Counted from the first letter of the stretch, positions 24,878 to 38,123 are shown. The stretch is DNA of 64,000 nt from Chrysemys picta bellii (GCF_011386835.1 NC_088792.1:208940001-209004000); one strand, 5' to 3'. Notes: a model not told the origin generated them from the sequence alone. Translations and numbers: made by a program.

Positions 24878-25119
24878 CAGTTGTGTGTGTTTCTCCTTGA
24901 TGCAAACCCGCCCCCTTTGTTGATTTTAATTCCCTGTAAGCCAACCACCCTCCCCACTTCGATCACAGCTGACAAAGGAAATAAAGTCACTATTGTTTTG
25001 AAACCATGCATTCTTTCTTTATTAATTAAAAAAATTGAGATAACTGACAAGATAGCCCGGGTGGGGTGGGAGAGTAGGGGAGGACAAGGCCACATTGCTT
25101 ATTGTAGCCACACTACAAA

Positions 25120-26990
25120 TCAAAACTGTTTGAATAATAACCTTCTGTTGCTTGGGCCATCCTCTGGAGTGGAGTGGCTGGGTGCCCGGAGCATTCCCCT
25201 CCCCCCCCGCGTTCTTGGGGGTGAGGAGGATATGGAACTTGGGGAGGAGGGCAGGCAGTTATACAGTGGATGCAGTGGCAGTCTGTGCTCTTGTTGCTTT
25301 TCCTGCAGCTCCACCAGATGCCTGAGCATGTCCATTTGCTCCCCCATTAGCCTCGGTATTGCCTCCTACCTCTTCTCATCATGCTCACTGTATGCTTTCC
25401 TGGCCTCTGTCACTGTATGTCTTCAGGCATTCAGCTGTGCCCTAAGAGTGTGGGAGGACTGCATGAGCTTGGAAAACGTCATTGCGAGTGCGGGTTTTTT
25501 TGCCTTCTAATCTGCGATAACCTCTGGGACGGAGCGGATAGGGGGAGCGTAGAAATATTTGCACCTGCGGGGGGATAAAAAGGGAGAGTACAATTTAAGA
25601 AGATACATTTCTGAGAACAAAAGGGAGACTCTTTCACAGTGAATCAAGCAATTCACAGCAGACAGCACATGTGCTTTAGGTACAAGGTTGCATTTTGCCT
25701 TTTGTATTGAGCGCCTGCCGGTATGGTGACACATCACACACGACTGGGCAACAGAATTTGGTTTCCAAGCAGCTACGGTAAGTCAAAGGGTACACGAGGT
25801 TGGCTTCTTCCGCCTTCATAACATGTGTGAATGGTTTCAAACTGCAGTGCCCTCCTTTCCCAAAGCAAGCAATGCCGGTTGGGTTTGCCATTTAAAAGGA
25901 GGGGCTGCGGTTTTCAGGTGGATGTGCAGCACACCCCTCCCCCCACCCCACCGCATGGCTATTCTCAGGGATGATCCCTTTTAGCCAAGTGCAAACAGCC
26001 CAGCATGAACGGGGTCCTTTTACTGTTCCCTTACAAAAATTCCCCTATTTCAACCAGGTGACCATGAATGATATCACTCTCCTGAGGCTAACACAGAAAG
26101 ATATAGACCAAATGTTGCTTGAATACGACCAAAACCCAGGACCATTCTCTGCCATGCTTTGTGCTGCAATGATTTCAGACTACTTGTTACTGGCTTGGCG
26201 TGGTAAAGTGTCCTACCACGGAGGACAAAATAAGGCAGCCCTCCCAGAAACCTTCTGCAAAGGCTTTCAGAGTACCTCCAGGAGAGCTTTATGGAGATGT
26301 CCCTGGAGGATTCCCACCCCATCCCCAGACACGTTAACAGACTTTTCCAGTAGCTGTATTGGCCGCTAATGCATCCCAAGTCTTCAGGGCAAATCAAACA
26401 TTAAACATTGCTTCTAAACCCTGTAGTGCAATTACAAATGTGCACTCACCAGAGGTGCCTTCTCCAGGTTCAGGGTCCAGGAACCCGCCTTGGGAGGGTA
26501 TTGGCTCCAGGGTGATGAAAAGGTCCTGGCTGACAGGGAGAACACATTCTCCGCTTGCCTGCTGCACATTCTCCTCCTCATCATCATCCACAAAATCCTC
26601 CTCCTTCTTGCGTGAGACTCCCCCCTTGCAGGTGTCCATGAACAGTGGTAAGGTAGTGGTAGGGTTCCCCCTCTAGAATGCCATGCAGCTGATCATAGAA
26701 GCAGCATGTATGGGGCTCTGACCCGGAGCAACCGTTTGTCTCCTTTGTTTTTTGGTAAGCTTGCCTGAGCTCCTTAACTTTCAGGCAGCACTGCTGTGTG
26801 TCCCTGTTGTAGCCTCTGTCCATCATGCCCTTTGCGATTTTGGCATATATATTAGCATTTCTTCTTTTGATCGGAGTTCTGCCTGCACAGATTCTTCTCC
26901 CCATACAGCAATCAGATCCAGTGTCTCCCGTTAGCTCCATGCTGGAGCTCGTTTGCGATTCTGGGGGGACTGCTTGGTCACCTGTGCTGC
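25120..26990 (-). pseudogene. Harbinger Myb/SANT-like accessory gene, two exons, frameshifted
   Basis: QNRKRAPAW, KIAKGMMDRGYNRDTQQCCLKVKELRQAYQK, acidic tract; donor G|gtgagt at 26450, acceptor cag|GT at 25564; start approximate. Confidence 0.78.
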
Positions 26991-27723
26991 TGAGCTCGCC
27001 ACGCTGACCAAACGGGAAATGAAATTCAAAATTTCCCGGTGCTTTTCCTGTGTACCTGGCTAGTGCATCGGAGTTGAAAGTGCTGTCCAGAGTGGTCACA
27101 TTGGTGCACTCTGGGATAGCTCCCAGAGGCTAATAATGTCGATTTGCATCCGCACTACCCAAATTGACTCAGCGAGGTCGATTTTAGTGCTACCCCTTCG
27201 CTGGGGAGGAGTACAGCAGTTGATTTTAAGAGCCCTTTAGGTCGATGGAACGGGGTTGGTTGGGTAGATACATTGCTTATAAAATCGACCTAACGTGGCT
27301 AAATTCGACCTAACCTCGTAGTGTAGACCAGGGCTAAGTCAGACAGCCTAAGGTTGTTTTGACAATAGCTTAGAGCTGCCCCCAAAAATACTTTTGAAAG
27401 CCAAGCCCACACCCTTCAGGAAAATTACACTAATTGTGCCCTCTTCTGATCCCACCTTGGGTTGTTAAAGGCTTATACCTTAATACATTTTCTGAGCCTT
27501 CCCCCTCTCTCTTCTGGGTAGTCCTTTTGGGGCCCCAGATGAGTGCTCCAAGCTTTGGGAAATTCTTGCATGCTTTGAGACGTGAAATAGTTATTGTTGA
27601 CACTTAAAGCATCATCACTGGCATCGGGGTTAGTACCCACTGAAATGGGGTCATAGATACCTCAGAGCTATTCTTTCACTCTCTCTGCAAATTCACATAA
27701 GTGTCTGCATCCTTACACCCCAA

Positions 27724-28017
27724 GGCCAGGTCTACATTTAAAACGTACATGAACATGGTTATGGCACTCAGGGGTGTGGATTTTTCACACCTCTGAGTGC
27801 TGTAACTATGCAAACTAACCCCCAGTGTAGACACAGTTAGATTGATGAAAGAATGCTTCTGTTGACCTAGCTATCATCGCTTGGGGAGATGGGAGTTCCT
27901 ACAGCAATGGAAAACCCCGTTCCATCGCTGTAGTCTGCAGCCACACTTTGCGGCTACAGTGGCATAGCTACAGCACTGTTGCTATGCTGCTATAGTGTCC
28001 ACAGTGTAGACACGGCC
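27724..28017. mobile_element. Harbinger-type MITE
   Basis: GGCCAGGTCTACATT ... AGTGTAGACACGGCC. Confidence 0.65.
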
Positions 28018-29190
28018 CATGTTTGAACATTTTCTTCTCAAGCACAGCAGCTAAAATTTTAAATTGAAAGCTGAGACCTTGGAGAATAATTGAGAGGTCT
28101 GTCTGTATATCTGACAGTGGGTGTTAGAGTCTTCGAGAGTTTAAATAGAGTGGAACTAACATGCTATTTTTAATCACCTTAATGTTCTGTGTTTGGGAAT
28201 GCACAAAAGCCAGATTTCAATGGGGAACAAAATGCTACAAACTATTAGTTCATATCATGACAACTGTTAAACCTCCTCAATTAAATAATTTCTGTATCAT
28301 TTTAAACAAAGGCTTAGCCTTTACATGGGAAATCAAAGGTACTTAACCCAAGAGAAATTTAAAGAACAAATGAAATATGAGGCCAGGGGGCCATAAAAAC
28401 AATTTTGGTTACTTGGTGCTGATCATTTGTATTTTACTGGCCTGCTATCCAATAGACTGACTACCTGCCTTTTCTTTGTCCTATACCAACATATGATATG
28501 TGGAGATTGTTCTGGTATAACAGTTCTCTCTCTTTAAAAAAAGAAATTATGCCCCAGTTGATAGTGTGAAGTACTGTAGTTCTTCTTTACATTTTTACTT
28601 GCCTTTTTAGATGGAGAAAATACTTTTGATGGTTGTATAAAACATTAGTTCACCACTCCCAACATCATTCTGAAAGCTAAGCGTGGGAGAGTCATGATTT
28701 TCCAATGATACTTTCTGTAAACAGCACAAATTAAGGTGCTAATTATACAAATTAATAATAGCAGCTCTCTGAAATGAGTGATTTTAGTGTAGTTTAAAAA
28801 AAAAAAAGTGTCTTGTTACAATTGGCACCTTTGCTGGCAGCCTCAGCAGAGAGGCAAAGAACTAAATGGGTATGGAAACCAAAATATCCTCGCACCTGCA
28901 GGTGATCATACCAGCACATTAGCAGAACAGTGTACTGCCTATGATTCACCTGTTCTACAAATATGCAGTATTGCAGGCAGTAGCCTATTTCATAATGGTA
29001 GGCTTTCCAAAAAGCTCAGTATAACCTCCTAAAAAGATCTACTTACTCTGGCTCTCAGTTTCCATTATAAATGTCCTCGTTATAATCTTTCCATGCCTCC
29101 ATAACCTCCTGAAAGTGAGGTACCACAGTAATCCTGTCAGTCTCACTAAGCACTGGAGATAAAATCTCTAGTTTTCCCCTCTTGAAGTTA

Positions 29191-29377
<187 letters not shown>

Positions 29378-29691
29378 CTATATGGTGAAAGAAATACAAA
29401 AGCAATTCTACCTGCCCAGATAAAGAGCTAGACTTTAAATGGTGGTCCTAAATTATACTATAGTTTGGGGATTAAGCCTCAGGATCTGGCTCCTGTACAT
29501 GCACACACAATAAAACTACGTTATAAACAATATATTACTGAGAATTGAATTATACTGCTCTAGTCATCTAATTAATTCACCTCTAGCCTTGTATACTGTA
29601 GGCCAATGGAGGTTGAAGGCTAAATGTGATCGCATACCGTTGCTTGTGCACAGGCACTTCAGAAAACAAGGTTTTACTTTTTGATTGATAT

Positions 29692-29717
29692 AACAACAAA
29701 CAACAACAACAACAACA
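29692..29717. repeat. Imperfect (AAC)n microsatellite
   Basis: Read directly. Confidence 0.85.
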
Positions 29718-30277
29718 AAACTTGTTCCATGTCTGTACAATTCTGCTACTCCTGATGCACCTGCTGTCAGCCTTTGTGAACTAGCTTACAAGTCATTTTG
29801 GGAGAAAAAGGTTATGCAATCCCTCCTCTCTTCCTTGCTTTTTCTGTTGTCTTGAAGCTTAAATTACATGCTCCTGAGAGATGCCAATTAGAAATAGCCT
29901 GAAGTTCTGTTTACTCACTGAGCAGATGGTAGGCTCCCATATTCTACTCTGCCACTTTGTATAAAAACTAGAGATGAGAGTAAGAAAACAAATCCCCTGA
30001 GTTTAAAATAGCACTGAAAGCGAATAGAGACTTAAATATTCTCTGCTACCAAAACACATCTACAGTCTCAGAGTACAGCACTGTGCTGGTTGACATTTGA
30101 AAGGTTCTAGTGCTTACAGTTGAAAAGATAAGCCTTCATTTTCTTTTCTTTTTTAAATGTTCTTCAATAAACTGATATCTGGCTAAGTTGATTTTTCAAG
30201 TCCCGATGTACCAGGATTTAATCAAATGCTACTCATAACTGCATCAGGGAACATCTATAGGGCAACACACCATCTTA

Positions 30278-30729
30278 GCACTTGTCTACACAATTTTTAC
30301 CAGTATAAGCTATGCTTGTTAGAGGTGTGAGTGTCTATTAGAAGTGTGTGTGTGGGGGGGGGGGGGTTTGCCAATAGTTGTATTGGTAAAAAGCCTAGGA
30401 TAGATGCAGTTATACCATAGAATATCAGGGTTGGAAGGGACCTCAGGAGGTCATCTAGTCCAACCCCCTGCTCAAAGAAGGACCAAGCCCCAGACAGATT
30501 TTTGACCCAGATCCCTAAATGGCCCCCTCAAGGATTGCACTCACAACGGCCAACGCTCAAACCACTGAGCTACACCTACCACCCACCCAGTGCCTTATAC
30601 TGGAGTATCTCATTTTGGTTACAGAACAGGAATAAGCTATACCAGTATAAAAGCATTCACACAGGGTTTTCCTATTTTAACTACAGCGGTATAGTTTAAG
30701 GAGCAAAACTTTCTAGTGTACACAAGTCC
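30278..30729. mobile_element. Harbinger-type MITE with nested SINE
   Basis: TTA then GCACTTGTCTACAC ... GTGTACACAAGTCC then TTC; SINE at about 30416-30580 inside. Confidence 0.65.
30416..30580 (-). mobile_element. Turtle PolIII SINE (tRNA-derived head + CR1 3' tail)
   Basis: TAGCTCAGTGG A box; CR1 tail ggttggactagatgacctcc...tattctatg. Confidence 0.85.
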
Positions 30730-31005
30730 TTCATCACTTCACAATATTTCACTAAAAAGAAGCAAGGTAAGATTTAACCAATATTCCCACCAGATTGTAC
30801 TAGCGCCTTAACCAAAATTAATAACATGTTTTGAAGATAATGGACTTATTTATAAGTTGGAAAAATACTAGAATGTCATAACTTGTTTATTCCCTGTATG
30901 AATGGAAACCTCTGTAAGTGCTTCAAATACACTAGTCCATAGTATGATATATTATATAGACTGCACTATCAATGCACATAACTACATTTAAACAACCATG
31001 CATCA

Positions 31006-31095
<90 letters not shown>

Positions 31096-32249
31096 TTAAA
31101 GGGTCAAAGCAGCAAAGTCAATTCTCACTTATCAAATACCATGGATTGCTTTTCACTTATAAATACCAAAAGCGTTAAAGCTTAGATATTGATCTGTTGT
31201 GCATTATGTACTATCACAATAAGAGCCTAGTTCATTGGAGCACTCGTTTAGAACTTAGTACAGCACTGTAATAGTCAGCAAAGCATGCAGTGATGAGTGT
31301 AAATTCCACTACTGCTTTGCTAGGGCAAGGAACACAGGCACCCAACCTTATTCCTAAAAAATGGTCTCCGGGGCCAAGTACATTGCCAGATAAAGACAGA
31401 GATTAATTAGAAATGGATCATTCATAAAACTCAACCATGGGGTGCAATTAAGAGCCTATGGCAAGGTAAAATATGCATACATGCAGTTGAATTCAGAGGC
31501 TAGAGATAAAGTTCTGGTCAAGCCTACTTTACTAACGTGGAGGTGAATCAGACCTAGGATACTTGACAGACAGGGTGTTGGTAAAACTGTCTCAGGAGGT
31601 TAGCCTGGATCAGGCCTATCCTCTTCTCTTGTTTTTTCTCCATAAGACAACTATGGGGGACAGATGCAAGGGGACTCAGCCACCCCCCACCTAGGGCAAT
31701 AAAAAAAAAAGGAGAGGCGCAGATGGGTTTAGGGACCTTATCTGTAAAGAAGTAGGACAACTGGAGGCTCTTCCCTGTAGGTGGGAGTTACACCTGCCCA
31801 TATCTGGATTACCCCCACACAATCCCTGCCTATAAAGATGGGGTCTAGACCAGAGCAGAGTTCAGCAGTGGCAGCAGAGGAAAGGACCAAGGCACAATGG
31901 CCTCCCCTTCCCTGGAAGAATGATAGAGGCGGTCACCCAGAAGACAACAGGAGGGGGTTGAGCCCCACTCCCTCAGAGGCCCATGACAAGTTGTGGGGGA
32001 GTGGTGCAGCCAAGAGTGGGGCAAACAGCAATGGGGGTGGGGAGTCTGGGGGCAAGAGGAGATGGATGTTGGCAGCCAGCTCAGGGAGGATGTGAAGCTC
32101 TTGGCAGGTCTGCCAGTCACGAGGCCGGGGGGCAGCTGATGGGATGTGGTGAGGGACTGGAGGGGCACATGGGGTGGAGGTCTGGAGAGGGGGATGGGGG
32201 GAGGGGTTCTGTGGAGGGGGCCCAAAGGAGGGGGAGGCTGCGGGGAGCG

Positions 32250-32830
32250 GGCCGTGAAGTCCCCGCCATGAGAGTGGCTCTGGGGCGGGCCGGGTCGGCG
32301 CAGTCACCTCTCAGGCTGTACCGCGCCTGCAGTCCGAACGCGGAGATGGTGCCGGTCCCGGTCCGATCCTCCTTCCGGTGGCCGCGCTGCAGGACGTGCT
32401 CGACCTGCCCCAGGTACTGCAGCTCCCCGTGCGGCGGGGACGCCGGGCGCTGCTGCTCGGGCATGGCGGGACTGGCCGGAGCTGGCTGGCGCTCCGGACC
32501 CGCTCTTCGAATTGGCGCCAGCCCCGGCCCGCCAGGCGCCAGCCAATCGTAGGGCCGGGCGCGCGCGGAAGGCGCCTTGGGGGCCCGCCCCGGTCCTGTC
32601 TCGTTTCTGCCCGCGCGGCCCCCTTCCTTCCCCTCCCCGCTCCGCCCGCCCGCCCAGCTGAGGAGGCGCCGCGCGCCCTCCTGGTGTCTCAGTGTGGGCA
32701 GGGCTGGGGGCTGGGACCTCCCCATGGCCGTGAGGAAAGGGGGTTGGCTGCCTGGCTGCAGCGCGGGCCCTGGGGCGGGGAGCTGAATAGCTCGGTGCCC
32801 AGGGACCCCTGCCCGCGCAGACACCAGGGC
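32250..32830. promoter_or_regulatory. CpG island / TATA-less TYMS promoter
   Basis: Dense CpG and GC; CCAAT on both strands (32511-32515, 32543-32547); E2F-like TTGGCGCC (32512-32519) and GCGCGCGGAA (about 32561-32570); GC box CCCGCCCC (32584-32591). Edges estimated by eye. Confidence 0.8.
32308..32464 (-). CDS. TYMS: TYMS exon 1, coding part
   Basis: cccgccATG; [52 protein letters not shown] then G|gtgact; 157 nt. Confidence 0.93.
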
Positions 32831-33001
32831 TGCAGAAGTCTGTGCGTGGGGTCAGAGCAGATCATCATCATCATGGGCCTTCCCCACTTTAAAATCTGTG
32901 ATTGTACCTGGCGCAGGGCAGCCAAGCAGCCCAGGAAAAGGGGGGACTCCAGGAGTGGGTTTCTTCTTGGACCCAGCCCTAGGGGTGTGTGCGGGGATGT
33001 C

Positions 33002-33023
33002 CTCTCTCTCTCTCTCTCTCTCT
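33002..33023. repeat. (CT)11 microsatellite upstream of the TYMS CpG island
   Basis: Read directly. Confidence 0.9.
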
Positions 33024-33409
33024 GTAACTACTTTGTGAAACAAAAGAAGCATATTTAGATTCAATTCTTCCTCTAGAACTGGAGTTGATAATGGCCTATG
33101 TAGTCTTATGGCGCTGATTATTCCCCTTCGGATTTTCCATTAACTCAAATTGATGCTCAGCCAGGTATATCTACAGTAGCCCATGACCATTATTTATTTC
33201 AATGAAATTATTAGATTTATGTTTTTACCACTTTCGCTAAAATCCTCAGCATAAAACATTTTCATAGTGGTGGTTCCTCTCTGCTGGTTAGGAAGTGACT
33301 GCCATAATTGCCTTCCTGATCCACTTTGTGAGAGTTGTTTAAAGTGTTTAGGACAACTACAACCTCCCTGTTTAGAGAGGCAATCGTTTTACATTGTTGT
33401 TCCCATGCC

Positions 33410-33769
33410 CAGTGCCGAAACAAGGGCAAGGCGAGTGAGGCACTTGCCTTGGGCGCACAAAGCGGAGGGGCGCAGCTCTACTGCCCAAGTGGGGCGGAGG
33501 AAAAAAAAAAAAAGCTGCGATCAGCGGCACTTTGGCGGCAGCTCTACCACCGCCGCTTCTTCTGCGGCAATTGCTGCCGCCGCTTCATTCATTATTCGGT
33601 GGCAATTGGGCGACGGGTCCTTCTCTCCGACAGGGACTCAGCGACCTGCCGCTGAATTGCTGCCGAAAAATGAATGAAGCGGCAGAGGCAATTCGGCAGC
33701 AGCTCCTTTCCTTCGAGAGGGACTCAGGGACCCGCCGCCGAATTGCCGAAGAGCCTGGAGCCGGCCCTT
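33410..33769. mobile_element. CpG-rich hAT-like MITE upstream of TYMS
   Basis: CAGTGCCG... and ...GGAGCCGGCCCT ends; internal GGCGGCA/TGCCGCCG repeats; TSD unclear. Confidence 0.55.
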
Positions 33770-34089
33770 GCCTTGGGCACAAAAATTCTTTGTTGTGGGT
33801 ATTACAAACATACCTTTTGTAACAAGAATCTTTTCAGGTCTCTGTGGAAATTTCAACCTTGTCATGCATTTGAAGTCCCCTTTCTGTATGTATGTAACAT
33901 CTGACACTTTCTTATGTACAGTACAGTAATCAGTAGACTCGGTTCATCTAGAGACATGGAAAGGGAGAATTGCTGTCAAGTCTAGGAATAAGTACAGAGA
34001 AGGGTCATAAGGTTCCCCTCTCTTAAAACTCACAGGAAGACAATGTTACCACACAAGACAGCCAGGGAAGCAGAAAGTTTGGAAACTTA

Positions 34090-35545
34090 CAGGGCATTGA
34101 AAACAGATGAAGAAAAGAGGAAAATAGATGCCTCCCTCTGTATTGCAAAGTAATGCATGTTGGAAAGCATAATTCCAACTATACATACAAAATGATGGGG
34201 TATAAGTTAGCTGGGATATAAGAAAGAGATTGTGGGTGGTGTGTGATTTAGTTGGAAATTGGTCCTGCTTTGAGCAGGGGGTTGGACTAGATGACCTCCT
34301 GAGGTCTCTTCCAACCCTGATATTCTATGAACCCCCCATTCTGGGAGGCTAGCCTCCTGCCCTGCCCTTTCCATCTGAGGCCCTGTCCCCTCACTGTCAC
34401 TAGAATCATAGAATGTCAGGGTTGGAAGGGGCCTCAGGAGGTCATCTAGTCCAACCCCCTCCTTGAAGCAGGATGAATCCCCAGACAGATTTTTGCCCCA
34501 GAGCCCTAAATGGCTCCCTCAAGGATTGAGCTCACAACTTTGAGTTTAGCAGGCCAATGCTCAAACCACTGAGGTATCTGCCCCAAGCCCCCCACTATGG
34601 CCAGAGGAGCCCCAGATGGCTGGCCTGGGCTGCCCTGAGCGCCAGTGCCTGCCAGAGCTGCTTCTGGCCCACCTGCCCAAGTTGCCCCAAGCCCTGGCCA
34701 CCTGAAGGAGCTCTAAGCCCCACTACAGCCCTGCCCCAGGGCTGTGGCGGAGAGCATTAGTGGACTTTGGGGAGGCATAGCCTCCTCTGGCCTCCATTAT
34801 GTGCCTCCCATGAAAAAGCTCTTGGAGTCAGGATAGTTCTCTGAAAACATCCGCTCAATATGCAGTGGCAGTCAAAGAAACTAGCAGAAAGTTAGGAGCC
34901 ATTAGAAAAGTGATAGATAATAAAACAGCAAATATAATGCCACTATGTAAATGTATGGTACACCCACACCTTGAAAGCTGAGTGAGTTCTGGTCACCCCA
35001 TGTCAAAAAATATATATTAGAATTGTGAAAAGTACAGAGAAAGGCAATAAAAATGATTGGGGTATAGAACAGCTTCCATATAAGGAGAGATTAAAAAGAC
35101 TGGGCCAGCTTAGAAAAGAGACAACTAAGAGGGAATATGATAGATGTCTGTAAAATCATGAATGGTGTGGAGAAAATGACTAAGGAAGTATTATTTACCC
35201 CCTCACATAACACAAGAACCAGGGGTCGCCTAATGAAATTAAGAGACATCACATTTAAAACAAACTAAGGATGTACTTCTTCATACAGTGTATAGTCAGC
35301 CTGTGGAACTCATTGCCAGAGGATGTTGTGAAGGACAAAAGTATAACTCAGTTCCCCATGCTTTGGGTGTCCCATATCCTCTGGCTGCCAGAAACTGGAA
35401 TTGGACAACAGAAGATGGATCACTCAATAAATTACCCTGTTGTGTTCATTCCCTCTGAAACATCTGGCACCGGGCACTGTTGGAAGACAGGATACTGGGC
35501 TAAATGGACCATTGGTCTAACCCAGCATGGCCATTCTTCTGTACT
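34090..35545 (+). mobile_element. CR1 LINE 3' fragment split by nested insertions (about 34230-34812)
   Basis: Degraded ORF2 C-terminal region and 3'UTR; gaaagagat and cttggagtc halves flank the insert. Confidence 0.75.
34401..34582 (-). mobile_element. Turtle PolIII SINE
   Basis: Same head/tail structure; a further + strand CR1-type tail lies at about 34259-34330. Confidence 0.85.
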
Positions 35546-37194
35546 TTTGTTTATTACATTAAACAAATCTCTGTGAGAATATTCTCATCCACAATCCAAT
35601 GCTGTTCTCTCTATTCTTCACCTTTCTTGGAAGCACCTTTCTTCACCTTTCTTGTTGCCCTCATTGCACATCATACTTTCTTACAAAAATGCTTATAATA
35701 AATTGGTTTAATATATTTTAAGTACTGTTAGTTGGTATTAAAAGTGGTTCACTTTCTTGTCAGTAAGTGCTTTTCTTACTCTTTTTTGGAGATGAATTGA
35801 TGGATAGCAAATTCAGAATAAGGAGCTGGTCTTTTCAGTCAGCCTCAGGGTTGAAAAAGCCATTAGTTAACACTTTACTTTGTATAACCCTTTACTATAC
35901 ACTTTGGCAACCCTGTATAATTTGTCCAAGCAATAAAGTACCTTGAATTTTAATAACTTTATATCCTTTGTTTTCAGCACTTTATTATAAGCTTTTCAAT
36001 TCCTGGGAGTATTGGACATATGTCTAAAAAAGGAATGGGGGAACAGAATTACAGCAACTAACACACTGCTCCAAGTTGATACTAGGTTGGCGGATATGTT
36101 CTGGATTGCGGAGGTGTGAGGGCATTAATAGGTAGTCATGATTAGTTGAATATTCCCCAAATACTTCTGCTTTAATATCTGATGCCTTACAAAGTCATTT
36201 GAGGGTAAGCATTTACAAGCTTCATTATTAGTTATTTAGAGCCCAGTCCTGAGATATGCCAGATCACATGGGAGTTGTGGCTGCTCTTCACTTCTCAGGG
36301 TTAGGCCCCTATTGGTACTAGCTATGTTTAAGGCTTAACTTCCTTTCAGTGGTGCATAGGGCCTTGCACTGGAAAGAACTTCACCTGCCCCGACAATATA
36401 TTTGCCAAATAAAGGAAATAAAGAGGACTCTTGAAAAGCCTGTCCTTTCTGTTGGTTAAAATTGTTAATTTTTTTTTAGGTAAGTAGGAGTGAACAAGGA
36501 GAATATGGTATAAACAAAAAGGTGCAGCTTTATTATATTGGAAACTAATATTTTGTGTACTTAGAAATAAAGAAAAGAGAGTTAGGAAAAAATACAGCTG
36601 AGAATGGGGAAATGTTCTTTGGGATATGTACCACTCTTGGTGTGCACAGCAAATGAAACAAATCACTCGGAGCTCTGCCTAGGACTGAGTGCATTATAGC
36701 ATAAGGATTTTAGTTTTTATTATATTTTACACATGACGTTCAAGCAAACATGTAAAATGGACAAAACAAACTTTTTTCCAATGAAAATATTTATTGCCCT
36801 GTTAAAAAATTACTTTAGTGGCAAACTACAAGTAAACTATGCAAAAAGCTGAAGAATTTGTGCATCACAAATTTAGAAAAAGCCATTTAATGTACATTAT
36901 AAATGTAAAAGCAACTGGAAGAAGAAACACAATGCCAGAATACATGTATTAATGTATTACATATACATTCAGACTCGGTTGATTCAATCTTAGCTGGGTA
37001 TAAGCTGGGTATACATGGGATTTAGGCCCTAGTCCTGCAAAGTCTTAAGTATGTGCTTAATTCTTTGTAAGACTGGGATCATAAGTGATAACCAACAATC
37101 ACATACTGTATCATACATGCATATAATTTTTCATTTAAAAGGAATACATATTGACATGGATTTTAATTTGCCATGCAATTAAATTACTGTAAAT

Positions 37195-37361
37195 ACTGAA
37201 TATTTGATGTCACAATATTTATTAAACAATATATTGTTTGTAAGCAAACATTTTAAAACCCTATTCAAAGAACAGTTCTCTGTCCACTGAACTTTGGAGT
37301 ATTTCACTGTAAGGAGAGGATGCTGGATTTGAAGTGGATGATATTCCACAGATCTTCTTGT
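37195..37361 (-). other. CLUL1: CLUL1 non-coding terminal exon
   Basis: ttttttccccctatag|ACAAGAAGATCT resembles my recollection of the human last-exon start GTAAGAAGATCT; - strand AATAAA at 37218-37223; 3' end approximate. Confidence 0.6.
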
Positions 37362-38123
37362 CTATAGGGGGAAAAAATAAGGTTTGCATTGTGCAGTTCG
37401 TCAGTGACCATAGTGTGTTTTTGAACAAACTGTCTTTTTTCTATTTTTGGACTAAAGAAGGGTGTTACATTAATGAATAACATATGATAGTGGATACGTC
37501 TTCCTACTGAGTGAACATACAACACAAAAAGATCCAGTTGGTTACATACTAAAGTGTGTAGTTGTTCTTTTTTTCCTTTTATACAAAGGATCCTCTTGGA
37601 TTCCCCACTGGTTATTTTCTCTCATGCCATTAAAAGACCTGTGTGTAGTCATGTACACCTGTGCAAAGTAGATGTAAAATGCTACCATTATGATTTGGTA
37701 GCAGTTTATACCATCTTTTCACTCATTTCACTCAGGTATAAGAATGACCACAAATGTGCATTGCACAGGAGGATCAGGTTATGGAACAAGGACTCAGACT
37801 TTCCCTATGGGAGTATTACTATTAGGCTTCTAGCCCTTAGTGTTTCCAAATTTAGGTTTGGGTGAGGTGAAAAAAGAGTGAATATTGCTAATTGCTAGAT
37901 CTAATAGGGATAATAACTATGAAGAAACAACCATGGTGAAATGGGTTGTGTTATTTTCCTGTCAAAAGACTCACTTCTTGGTCAATTTCTGATGTAATGT
38001 GCATTTAGGTGCACCAACATAGCCAAACCAACATAGATGGTAGTCTTGTTTTTATTATGTTATGTGTCAATTCAAAGACCCAGTTCATCCTCTTCTGCAG
38101 GAAGAGATTCTGAGGAAGAAATC

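Larger units (their letters stand above)
23264..27334 (+). mobile_element. Full-length PIF/Harbinger DNA transposon (4071 bp) in TYMS intron 3
   Basis: TAA TSD at 23261-23263 and 27335-27337; imperfect TIRs GGGTATGTCTACATTA / GCCCTGGTCTACACTA; convergent transposase and Myb/SANT genes inside. Confidence 0.92.

Noticed and set aside
32465-32560. 28-bp TSER tandem repeat of the human TYMS 5'UTR
   Set aside because: No tandem repeat is visible here.
31781-33064. Long ORFs of 189-235 aa on both strands
   Set aside because: CpG-island artefacts; only 32308-32464 matches TYMS.
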